Below are positions 45,796 to 53,851 of a stretch of 64,000 bases of DNA, in pieces. The stretch lies in IMG/VR virus record IMGVR_UViG_3300049434_000028, positions 1-64,000 of that record; one strand, given 5' to 3'. The first letter of the stretch is position 1. Every line of letters begins with the position of its first letter. The notes under the pieces were generated by a model. That model did no database searches. It was not told the origin of the DNA and saw only the letters and a program-made list of their open reading frames with translations. Both the position numbers and the translations under genes were made by a program. This DNA is from a virus.

Positions 45796-46103
45796 TTCCA
45801 GCCGAGCTTCCCGGTGAGGAACTCCATGCCGTGCTTCTTGGCCGCCGTCATCGTCTTGAACGGCGGGGGCGTGTACCGGATCTCCTTCGCGGTACCGTCC
45901 GGGCCCTGGTACCTGCCGATCATGTGGAACTCTCCTGGACCCTTACGCGCGACGGACACCTCGTGCGACTTGGGATCCCAGCCATTCGGACCCAGCCGCC
46001 GGTCGGCCCACTCCGGGCTGTCCTTGCCCCACATCGGCTCTTCCTGACGCCAATCGGTGATCTTCGGCTGGAACTGCTCGCCCAGGTGCTCGTCCGCGCT
46101 CAC
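45792..46103 (-). CDS. hypothetical protein
   Basis: 103 aa, GTGA-coupled at both ends. Confidence 0.75.
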   Translation of the reverse strand: MSADEHLGEQFQPKITDWRQEEPMWGKDSPEWADRRLGPNGWDPKSHEVSVARKGPGEFHMIGRYQGPDGTAKEIRYTPPPFKTMTAAKKHGMEFLTGKLGWK

Positions 46104-46234
46104 GGCGTGCTCGGGCTCTCAATCGCCCGCACGGGCGTCTTGGCCAGGCTGCGCTGGTACAGGACCATGCTGCGGTTGGCCTTGTACACGTCCGGGCCGA
46201 ACTGCTGAGGCTGGAGGTTGTCCGCTGCTGCCAT
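46100..46234 (-). CDS. 44-aa hypothetical protein (probably leaderless)
   Basis: MAAADNLQPQQFGPDVYK...; TACGCT -10 box 7 nt upstream of ATG; GTGA-coupled to the next gene. Confidence 0.65.
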   Translation of the reverse strand: MAAADNLQPQQFGPDVYKANRSMVLYQRSLAKTPVRAIESPSTP

Positions 46235-46323
46235 GCCGCTCAGCGTAACGGCGCGAAGGCCTGCGGTGGGAGAGTCCCGGCGTTACCCTGCAGGCACCGG
46301 ACCACTACGACACGGAGCACCCC

Positions 46324-46578
46324 ATGAGCCACTACTGCGATGGCAGCTGCACGCACGAGAGCGAGCGCTTCTATAGAGACGCCAACCGCGGGCTGAACAG
46401 CATCGGCATGCTGCTATGGATCGCCTTCGGACTGTTCTGCTTATGGACGGCATGCGTCACAGGGTCGATGCTCATCGCGCCCGAGCCGGGCGTCAACCCG
46501 ATCAGCTCGCTCATCATCACGCTGTTCTTCGCGTGCATGACCTGGGGCTCATTCCGTGTGGTACTCCGCAGGCGCTGA
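46324..46578 (+). CDS. two-TM membrane protein, opposite to the structural genes
   Basis: Own promoter CTGCGG-17-TACCCT (46261-46289), CGGACCA box and GGAG SD. Confidence 0.75.
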   Translation: MSHYCDGSCTHESERFYRDANRGLNSIGMLLWIAFGLFCLWTACVTGSMLIAPEPGVNPISSLIITLFFACMTWGSFRVVLRRR

Positions 46579-46710
46579 GTCCTCTACTCGCGCCTTCCCA
46601 TTCGGCTGCCACGTTGCTGGCGGCTCGTTTCCATTCGCCTCGTTAGGGGCGGTGTCCGGCTCCGGGTGCACGATTGCCAAATCCTCTTCAGTGATCCTGA
46701 CCTCGTCCAT
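46549..46710 (-). CDS. small acidic hypothetical protein
   Basis: AAGGAG SD; MDEVRITEEDL... Confidence 0.5.
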   Translation of the reverse strand: MDEVRITEEDLAIVHPEPDTAPNEANGNEPPATWQPNGKARVEDSAPAEYHTE

Positions 46711-46721
46711 CAATACGCTCC

Positions 46722-49082
46722 TTAGACAGCCTCTACGAGAATCTGACGAGCCGTCAATGTACCAATAGTGGTGGTCGCGGTCAGGTCGATGTAGAACAAC
46801 GCCGTGGTGGGAATCGAGCCGACCACCTCGGCTGCCGGTGCCTTGGAGTAGATGACCGCGGAGGTACCAGCCGTAGCCACTGCCTGACTCGTGACCTGCC
46901 CATGCGCCACCAACGTCGAGCTGGCACCCAACGCCACTACCTGCACGACGGCGTCCACGTAATAGATCTGGTTGGCCACCGCTGCTGCTGAGACGTTGGA
47001 GGCCCACAGCAGCGTCGTGTCACCGCCTACGGTTCCCGCGGTACCCGCACGGATGCCCACGATGACGGTGCCGGTAGACGACGCCTGCAGCTCTGCCTTG
47101 ATCAGGAACGTCTGGCCCACCACCACCGAGTTGGCCGGGATCCGAACAACGGCCATGATCGTCTCGGACGTACCCGAGGTGACCGCACCACGCCCTGCGA
47201 TGACCGCCGAGCCCGTGGACCCGAGTAGCTGCAGAATCCCGGTGCCGGACATGAGCCCCGAGTTCTGGCTGATCCGCTTGCTCACCCCCACCACAGCCGC
47301 GGAAGCGTCAGCCAGCGGGGCCACGCTCGCGCCGTCCATCTGGTTATCCCCGACGGAGAGCGCACCAAGGCCAGAGGTGCCTGCCTGGATGTCGACGTGC
47401 GTCGCGTTGGTGACCGTCAGGTTGCTGTTCGGACCGAAGATGCAACCATTGATGCGCACCTTGGTCTGATTGCTGGCCGAAGGAATGATCCGAACGCCAG
47501 CGCCACCAACCCCGTTGAACCCGGTGACTCGGCAGGCCTGGATGTTCACGTCCTGCGCGCCGTTGACCAGGATGCCCGCACCGGTCCCGGTTCCTGCCGC
47601 GTTGTAGATGTCGCAATCGACCAGGGAGATACCCGCAGGAAGCGCGGTAGCTGTACCCACCCCCCCTGCGCCAGTGCCGTTGATCTCTACCGAGTGGTTG
47701 GCGCCCGTAGCAGCGATGCCGCACTGCGTGAACTTGATCCGGTTGGAGGTGAACCCTCCCGTGATCTTGATGACCGAACCCTGAGGCTGGTCGAAGAAGC
47801 AGTTGGTGAAATAGCACGCCTGTGCGCCGAGCGCGGAAGCCGCGTTGAACCAGACGACGTTAGTGCCCTGAATCCAGTCGCAGTTGGTGACCTGTACCGC
47901 ACCACTTGCCTGGATCTCACAGCATGCGCTGGTCGTTGCCGCGCCTGCGTTGATGGTCGCGTTGTGGATCATTACATTGATGGTCGCGCCGTTGATGAAG
48001 ATCCCGCGGCCACCATTGGGGACGCTGCTGATGTCGAGGTCAGACCACACGCTGAGGTTCGCGCTCTGGTTGCCGGTGGCGTTGATGGCCTGGAACATCC
48101 CGGAGAACGCGCACCGGTAGACGTTCATCCCTACGTTGTTGCCGACCGGGATGTTGATCGCGGCTCCGGCGGTCTTGGTGACCGACGTCTGGAAGCCGAT
48201 GTCTGTCCACATGTCGTACCAGCCCGCGACGCTCTTGGTGAACGTGTGCTGGGTGGCGTTGGTCGTCTTGATGATCGAGGCGTAGCGGTTGACGCCCTTG
48301 AAGGTGTAGCGCCGGTCGACGTTGATGTCGATGGCGGCAGAGATCCGGTAGGTACCCGCAGGGATGAACAGCACCGCGCCCGCAGGCATCGTCGAGATCG
48401 CATTGGCGAACTGCGTGTCGTTCAGGGTGCTGTCGTTCCCAACGCCCCCGAAATCAGCTACGAAGTCGTAGTGCAGGTTGTCTATCAGGCGCTTGTCCAG
48501 AGCGGACATCAAGCCCTGCAGGCTCTGCGTGGACGCAGGCAACATCGCGGCTACCTGAGTAGGCGTCAGATCAGCAACCGTTGCCGCGCCGCCAGTGTTG
48601 TTGCCCCGCAGCGTGTTCGCTGCCGCGTTCACCTGCATCGCCAACGTGACGTACCCGCCAGGGATGTCCTGCCAGACGGTGTTGTAGTTCGTCGAGTCAA
48701 TCTTGCGAAGGAACTGCCCAGCCGTACCGCCAGCCACTACCCCTGCGCCTGCGGAGCCGGGTGCACCAGCGGTACCCTGCGCGCCCTGCAGGCTCACCAA
48801 CGCGGACCAGGTACTCACACCGGTCTTGACCTGGTAGCCCTTGTTCGTCGAGTCGAAGTAGACGTCTCCGATCACGCCGAGGGAGTTCGACGGCGCGCCT
48901 GCGCCATTGAAGATCGTGTTCTGCTGCCAGGGCAGGGAATTCCAGGCCGTGACGCCGTCGCCGACCTTGAAGCGCAGAGACGTGGTGGCGAAACCCATCT
49001 CGGCCGCGAGCAGCACCGGGTTGTCCGACGTCCAGTTGGCGTCGGTGGCGTTACGCATCTGGAACTGAACCAGGACGGCCAT
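46722..49082 (-). CDS. tailspike/fibre with beta-helix (pectate-lyase-like) domain
   Basis: N-terminal R.AT...W...NPVL..E.G...FKVGDG.TAWN.LP module, short GXX stretch, DFGGVGND...LFIPAGTYRI, then beta-helix repeats. Confidence 0.85.
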   Translation of the reverse strand: MAVLVQFQMRNATDANWTSDNPVLLAAEMGFATTSLRFKVGDGVTAWNSLPWQQNTIFNGAGAPSNSLGVIGDVYFDSTNKGYQVKTGVSTWSALVSLQGAQGTAGAPGSAGAGVVAGGTAGQFLRKIDSTNYNTVWQDIPGGYVTLAMQVNAAANTLRGNNTGGAATVADLTPTQVAAMLPASTQSLQGLMSALDKRLIDNLHYDFVADFGGVGNDSTLNDTQFANAISTMPAGAVLFIPAGTYRISAAIDINVDRRYTFKGVNRYASIIKTTNATQHTFTKSVAGWYDMWTDIGFQTSVTKTAGAAINIPVGNNVGMNVYRCAFSGMFQAINATGNQSANLSVWSDLDISSVPNGGRGIFINGATINVMIHNATINAGAATTSACCEIQASGAVQVTNCDWIQGTNVVWFNAASALGAQACYFTNCFFDQPQGSVIKITGGFTSNRIKFTQCGIAATGANHSVEINGTGAGGVGTATALPAGISLVDCDIYNAAGTGTGAGILVNGAQDVNIQACRVTGFNGVGGAGVRIIPSASNQTKVRINGCIFGPNSNLTVTNATHVDIQAGTSGLGALSVGDNQMDGASVAPLADASAAVVGVSKRISQNSGLMSGTGILQLLGSTGSAVIAGRGAVTSGTSETIMAVVRIPANSVVVGQTFLIKAELQASSTGTVIVGIRAGTAGTVGGDTTLLWASNVSAAAVANQIYYVDAVVQVVALGASSTLVAHGQVTSQAVATAGTSAVIYSKAPAAEVVGSIPTTALFYIDLTATTTIGTLTARQILVEAV

Positions 49083-49316
49083 CTAGCTGGATCCTCCGCA
49101 GTTGATGCGCGGGGTGTTGTTCGTGTAGACGGTGTTCGAGGTACCGCCGGTCCAAATCTGGGTCGTAGCCGTGCTGGCCACGATGGGGACGACCTGACCG
49201 TCGGACTGGCGCACCTTCATCACCCCGCCCTCGGCGTACAAGTACGCACCGTCAGATGGGTTGGCTGTAGGGGCAACCATGTTCCTGAACCAATGCCAGG
49301 TGGCGATCGGTTTCAT
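49083..49316 (-). CDS. small virion protein
   Basis: 77 aa, coupled; APTANPSDG.YLY.EGG.MKVR.SDG. Confidence 0.65.
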   Translation of the reverse strand: MKPIATWHWFRNMVAPTANPSDGAYLYAEGGVMKVRQSDGQVVPIVASTATTQIWTGGTSNTVYTNNTPRINCGGSS

Positions 49317-50899
49317 CAGCCACCAGCCACGGAGATCTGGATCGCCGCCGCGCTGTAGGCAATGTCCGAGGTGACCCCGATCGTGTTGGCGTCGATGGTG
49401 CGCACGCCGATGTCCGTCTTGGTGCCATCCGCCACGACCTTAAAGGACTCGATCGTGTTCGTGGTGTTGAGGTTGTGCACGACGTTCAGCTCTACGCCAG
49501 CGGAAAGCGCGCCAAGCGCCGCGGTGTAGAAGCCGGGCGTGCCGAGGTTGGTACGGGCGGCGGCGGCCGTGGTAGCACCTGTACCGCCGTACAGAACGCC
49601 TACCGCTGTGGCATTCCAGGTCCCGACGGTGACCGTACCCAGCGTGGTGAGAGAGGTCTGACCGACGTAGTTGGACGCGATGTCGATCACGCCAGCGGTG
49701 ACCGTTACCCGGTTGGTAGTGCCGGTGTAGGTCTGACCCTGCCCCCACTGGGTGATCGAGAGGCTGGTGGTGTCCAGGGTGATCGGGTCGGGAGTCGCGA
49801 CCTTCCACTGCGTCCCGGCCAGCGTGCCTTCGGTGATCAACCAGAACGCGCCGGAGGTGAGCGTCTCGTTGGGCGGCCGGTTCCACGCGCCAGAGTGGAT
49901 GATCCACGGCCCGTTCTGCGATCCAGTGGTCTGGCCGAGCAGGATCACTCGGTCGCCGTCGGTGCGTGCGCTGCCGTCCACGGTGAGGCCGGTCAACGAC
50001 GCACGGTTGGCCGTCTCCCCGAATCGCACCGAGGGCTTGTTGTCGATGCCCGCCTGGGCGGTCTGAATGTCCACCAACCGCGCCGCGGAGTTCGGCCCGA
50101 GCGGCGCGCCGAGGTTGGTCAGCTCCTGGCTGTTCATGGTCACCGCGGCGGTGGGTGCCGCGATCTGGTCTAGCCGCGTTGTGCCAGCGAGCGCGTTGGC
50201 CGCCCCAAAACCAAGCTGGCGCAGGGATTCGACACCGGCAGCCTGACTGAGCAGGGAGGCCGCGATGTTGGCCAGGGTGATGGTGCCTGCGGCAATCTTG
50301 ACCCCCGCGCCCGCAGTACCGCCGGTCACGCTCGCGTCGGTGGGGATACGCGTGTCGCTCAGACGGCTGTCGTTGCCCGCGGCGGCCTGTGCCGCGCCCG
50401 TGCCCAACGTGCGCAGCGACGCGGTGCCCGCGGCGCCGTCCTTGTTCGCAGCGGCAATCTGAACGTCGGTGATCGTGGCGTTGACGATGTTCGCAGCGGT
50501 GATGGTGTTCGCCGCGATCTTGACACCGGCCCCGGCCGTGCCGCCGGTTACCGAGCCGTCGGTCGGTACGCGGGTATCGGTGAACCGTGCATCGTTTCCC
50601 AGCGGCACCGTGATGGAGGTCTGCCCGGTAGGAATCTGCGCGATCGGGATGTGGGTAGTGCCGTCAAGAGTTGCGACGCCCGAAGCCACACCGAGCTGAG
50701 AAGCCAGCACGGTGCCCGTCTGAGACAGGAGCACCCAGGCGCCGTTCTCGCGGGTGTACGACCTCAGGGCAACGGTATCGTAGTACTGCTGCCCGTTGAC
50801 CGGCGATGTGGGCGCGCTGGACTTGTTCTCAACGACCATCCCAATCTGCGGGATCTTCTGGAAGTCGTACTGGACCGAGATCTTCTTTGCTGCCACGAC
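49316..50899 (-). CDS. fibre protein with internal duplications
   Basis: AP.SP..GQ.YYDT, GVATLD, GDRV.L..QT..SQNG.W, YVGQTS.TTLGT, YGGTGATTA..ARTNL, HNLNT; start GTG near 50899. Confidence 0.75.
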   Translation of the reverse strand, partial: VVAAKKISVQYDFQKIPQIGMVVENKSSAPTSPVNGQQYYDTVALRSYTRENGAWVLLSQTGTVLASQLGVASGVATLDGTTHIPIAQIPTGQTSITVPLGNDARFTDTRVPTDGSVTGGTAGAGVKIAANTITAANIVNATITDVQIAAANKDGAAGTASLRTLGTGAAQAAAGNDSRLSDTRIPTDASVTGGTAGAGVKIAAGTITLANIAASLLSQAAGVESLRQLGFGAANALAGTTRLDQIAAPTAAVTMNSQELTNLGAPLGPNSAARLVDIQTAQAGIDNKPSVRFGETANRASLTGLTVDGSARTDGDRVILLGQTTGSQNGPWIIHSGAWNRPPNETLTSGAFWLITEGTLAGTQWKVATPDPITLDTTSLSITQWGQGQTYTGTTNRVTVTAGVIDIASNYVGQTSLTTLGTVTVGTWNATAVGVLYGGTGATTAAAARTNLGTPGFYTAALGALSAGVELNVVHNLNTTNTIESFKVVADGTKTDIGVRTIDANTIGVTSDIAYSAAAIQISVAGG

Positions 50900-50910
50900 G
50901 TGCGCCTTCC

Positions 50911-51366
50911 TTAGTAGAGAATCTCCAGCACGCCGGACTCGGCGTAGTACCAATCAGCTCGGACGGTGTTCGCATCGACGTGAACGACGAGCCCCTCCTT
51001 CTCGGTGATGCCGTCGGACTCGTACAGGTTCACCTCCAGCGGTCGGGCGCCCAGGTTGTGCGTCGCGACCCACGAGGTGGCGGCCGACGCGAAATTGAAG
51101 GCCATGCTCTGCAGCGTTCCGCCTGGCGCGCCAGGAGCCCCCGGAGTGCCAGGTGTGCCGGGCGATCCAGGTGCACCTGGTGGGCCAGGAGGACCGATCA
51201 GACCGTGACCGGAATGTACGACGACACGCTCTCCGGGAGTGGAGACCACCTCCCGCGCTACCTCGTTGACCGCTACCTGCGAGGACACCAACGGCGTCGT
51301 GATGATCTCGCGCCGGACGACATTGGTCGTCACGTCCTCATTGGTGTCACGCCGTTGCACACCCAT
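50911..51366 (-). CDS. collagen-like virion protein
   Basis: About eight GXP triplets, then a W...HNLG..P.V domain. Confidence 0.75.
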   Translation of the reverse strand: MGVQRRDTNEDVTTNVVRREIITTPLVSSQVAVNEVAREVVSTPGERVVVHSGHGLIGPPGPPGAPGSPGTPGTPGAPGAPGGTLQSMAFNFASAATSWVATHNLGARPLEVNLYESDGITEKEGLVVHVDANTVRADWYYAESGVLEILY

Positions 51367-52274
51367 CAGGGGACCTGCGGATCCACGCAGGCGAGACCCT
51401 TGACCAGCCGCACAACGTCGGTGGGATCGACGAGGTTGGTCAGCTTTAAGTCCCAGACCAGGTCCGTCCCGAAGTAAGGCTGGAATACGGGGGTGAGCGT
51501 CGCAGGAATGCGTACGTCAATGTCCCTACTGACCGCGAGCGTGATGCTCGGGTCGTTCGGCGGTACGCCGTTAGAAGTGATCGTCATGATCGCCGGATCA
51601 ACGTAGTTGACCCCGATGCGCATCACCGCGTAGTAGACGCCGAGCAGCGGGACGTTGACGCCGTTGGCGTCAGTCCAGGACAGCGGCAGATCGAACGTCG
51701 CACCCGGCTGGATAACGATGTTCATCTGCGCGGTCACTGTAGATTCCTCACTGCTGGCGCTGTAGCGGGAGAAGTCAGGATCGTTGACCATCTCGTCCGG
51801 CCGGAGCATGACGCCGAGCACGCGCATCATCGTGTCGTGTCCGGAGGGCTCGAACTGGCCGGTGACGCTGATGTCGCGGATGCCCCAGACGATGTTGTCG
51901 TAGACGAAGCGGTCGCGAACGTGCAGCTCATTGTTGTGCGACATCTCGGGGAGCAGTCCTGCGCGCCTCGCCTGTTCATAACTCATTCGCACGTCAATGG
52001 TGTCGAGCACGTACTGCCCGTCATCGGTGGTCGACTTTTGGCCCTCGCGCCGATTGGCCGATAGCACCGGAATTGGAACCGGGCCGCGCCAACGTCGACC
52101 GGTACCCGCAAGATCCTGCCCCTCGCCATAGACGTCGTCGAAGGTGGAGTTGACCGGGTCGAAGAAGTACCACTCGATGTACGTGCCGAACGCCCGCTGA
52201 TGCTGCTCGATGTCGCGGTCGATGCGCCGAGAGTCGTACTTGGGCGAGAAGAACCGCGAGCGGATCTGCGCCAT
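51366..52274 (-). CDS. head closure/neck protein with C-terminal Ig-like domain
   Basis: EWY.FD....DDVY.EG, RW.GP..IPV, DRFVY, PDEMVNDP.F; then I.PGATF...WDL. Confidence 0.7.
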   Translation of the reverse strand: MAQIRSRFFSPKYDSRRIDRDIEQHQRAFGTYIEWYFFDPVNSTFDDVYGEGQDLAGTGRRWRGPVPIPVLSANRREGQKSTTDDGQYVLDTIDVRMSYEQARRAGLLPEMSHNNELHVRDRFVYDNIVWGIRDISVTGQFEPSGHDTMMRVLGVMLRPDEMVNDPDFSRYSASSEESTVTAQMNIVIQPGATFDLPLSWTDANGVNVPLLGVYYAVMRIGVNYVDPAIMTITSNGVPPNDPSITLAVSRDIDVRIPATLTPVFQPYFGTDLVWDLKLTNLVDPTDVVRLVKGLACVDPQVP

Positions 52275-52538
52275 CTACGCCTCCTCCCAGCGCCCGTTGC
52301 GAATCCAGCCATGATGCTGATGAGTGCCGGTGATGAGCTGGATCGAAGGGTGCAGGGTCAGCGGGTCCTCCTGCAGAACGTCCCACTCCTCCTCGCCCAC
52401 GCCGTGGCCTTTGAAGAAGATCGAGCCCCGACAACCGTCGGAGAACCGCAAGATGATCCCAGCGAGATCGTTCTCCCCGCCGTTGACGAACCGCTTGTAG
52501 AGAGTGCTGTCGCCGAGGTCGGTCCAGTCGTCGCTCAC
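52275..52538 (-). CDS. DUF6527-like protein
   Basis: W......PLTLHPSI......HGWIRNGRW. Confidence 0.7.
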   Translation of the reverse strand: MSDDWTDLGDSTLYKRFVNGGENDLAGIILRFSDGCRGSIFFKGHGVGEEEWDVLQEDPLTLHPSIQLITGTHQHHGWIRNGRWEEA

Positions 52539-53690
52539 CTATACCCCCGGCGGGTACTGCTGACCGACGTACACACGCTGCGCGCTGCCGGTACCGGTGA
52601 TCCCGGAGTCGACCGGCGGGTACACACGAATGGGAGCTGACTGGTCGTCATACTCCCGATCGGTGTAGATGGGGACGTAGCGTCCGGTCGTCCGGGAGAC
52701 GCGCCGCAGCGTGAACATCTCAATCCGCGAGAGCCCGACGTTGAGCTGCTGGGAGAGCGTGTTGTAGCGCTCCTGCTGCGCCTTGATCATTTCCATGATC
52801 GCGCGGTAACGCTCCTGCCGCGGGAGATTGGTGCCCTCCGCGGTCGTGACGTCGATGTCGTAGCTGGCGTCGGCCGCGAGCGCCCACAGCGCCTCGATGG
52901 CGGCCAGCAACGCGACGGGGTGCTCCTCCACCAGCGGAAGGTTGGTGAACTCCTGCACGGCTGTCGTGTACGTCATCCGGCCGGTCAGCGGATCACGGTA
53001 GATCGTACGGTCCGTAGTGCCGTGCGCGTGCTTCCAGAAGGCCGACTCGATGAACCGGTCCAACTCCTCGTCCAGGAAGAACTGCGCGTACTGGCCGCGC
53101 ACGAACAGCTTGCTGCCCAAAGCGACCGGCACGATGGTCGTGATGATGCCGGTGCGCGTCTCCAGGGTGTAGTCGGCATCAGGTACGAGCGGGACCGCGG
53201 TGGTCTCCCCGTCAATCTGCACGAGCACCTGCAACGTGCCCGGCAGGACGGACTCGGCCGGAAGATCGAAGCGTGTCGCCATGCCGTCGCCAGGCTGCGC
53301 GATCGAAAAGCCCTGGATGTAGTCGGCGATCTCGATCCGCAGCCGGTCGCGGATCCGCGTGATCGTGGTGCCCTGCGGGTTCAGGTCGGGCAGCGGGGGC
53401 GCAGGAATCGGAGCCAGCAGAACGTTGACGAGCCCTGCCTGGTTGACGCTGTGCTCGCCGTCAGATGTGCTCAGCAGCACGTAGTAGAAGCCGCTCGGCG
53501 TGGTGCGCGGGACTGTGACGTGGATGCTCACGCCGCTGTCGATGGTGAAGTCCTGAGTGAACACGTACTCGCTCGTGTCGTTGTCCACCAGCCCTACCAT
53601 GGCCACCCGGCCGAAGCCCGTGCCCACAACGATGATCTGGTTCCCGACCGCGACCGGTGAGGTGACAGCGGTGATGACGGGGGCTGTCAT
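52539..53690 (-). CDS. head-tail adaptor with N-terminal IPT/TIG-like domain
   Basis: APVITAV...GTGF; RLR.EI.D, LP.VEEHPV.LLA.IEALW.LA.D...DID, LRRVSRTTGR.VP.Y..REYDD. Confidence 0.7.
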   Translation of the reverse strand: MTAPVITAVTSPVAVGNQIIVVGTGFGRVAMVGLVDNDTSEYVFTQDFTIDSGVSIHVTVPRTTPSGFYYVLLSTSDGEHSVNQAGLVNVLLAPIPAPPLPDLNPQGTTITRIRDRLRIEIADYIQGFSIAQPGDGMATRFDLPAESVLPGTLQVLVQIDGETTAVPLVPDADYTLETRTGIITTIVPVALGSKLFVRGQYAQFFLDEELDRFIESAFWKHAHGTTDRTIYRDPLTGRMTYTTAVQEFTNLPLVEEHPVALLAAIEALWALAADASYDIDVTTAEGTNLPRQERYRAIMEMIKAQQERYNTLSQQLNVGLSRIEMFTLRRVSRTTGRYVPIYTDREYDDQSAPIRVYPPVDSGITGTGSAQRVYVGQQYPPGV

Positions 53691-53704
53691 CTCTCCCCTT
53701 TCGC

Positions 53705-53851
53705 TCAGTCCTGCGTGACGTAGGAGACCTGCTCCGCGGTGTAGATCAGATCAGGGTCGGGTCGGAAGGCCACGGGGACCTTCCCTACGGTGCCCAGCGT
53801 GCCAGAGCCGGTGAGCATGGTTGTCGAGACGTACTCCTGCGGACCGCTCAC
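53705..53851 (-). CDS. 48-aa peptide with one LTGSGTL repeat
   Basis: GAGG SD, GTGA-coupled; MSGPQEYVSTTMLTGSGTLGTVG... Confidence 0.55.
   Translation of the reverse strand: MSGPQEYVSTTMLTGSGTLGTVGKVPVAFRPDPDLIYTAEQVSYVTQD

Noticed and set aside
50200-50590. Duplicated DTR.PTD.SVTGGTAGAGVKIAA segment in the fibre gene
   Set aside because: Real, but an ordinary fibre shaft duplication.
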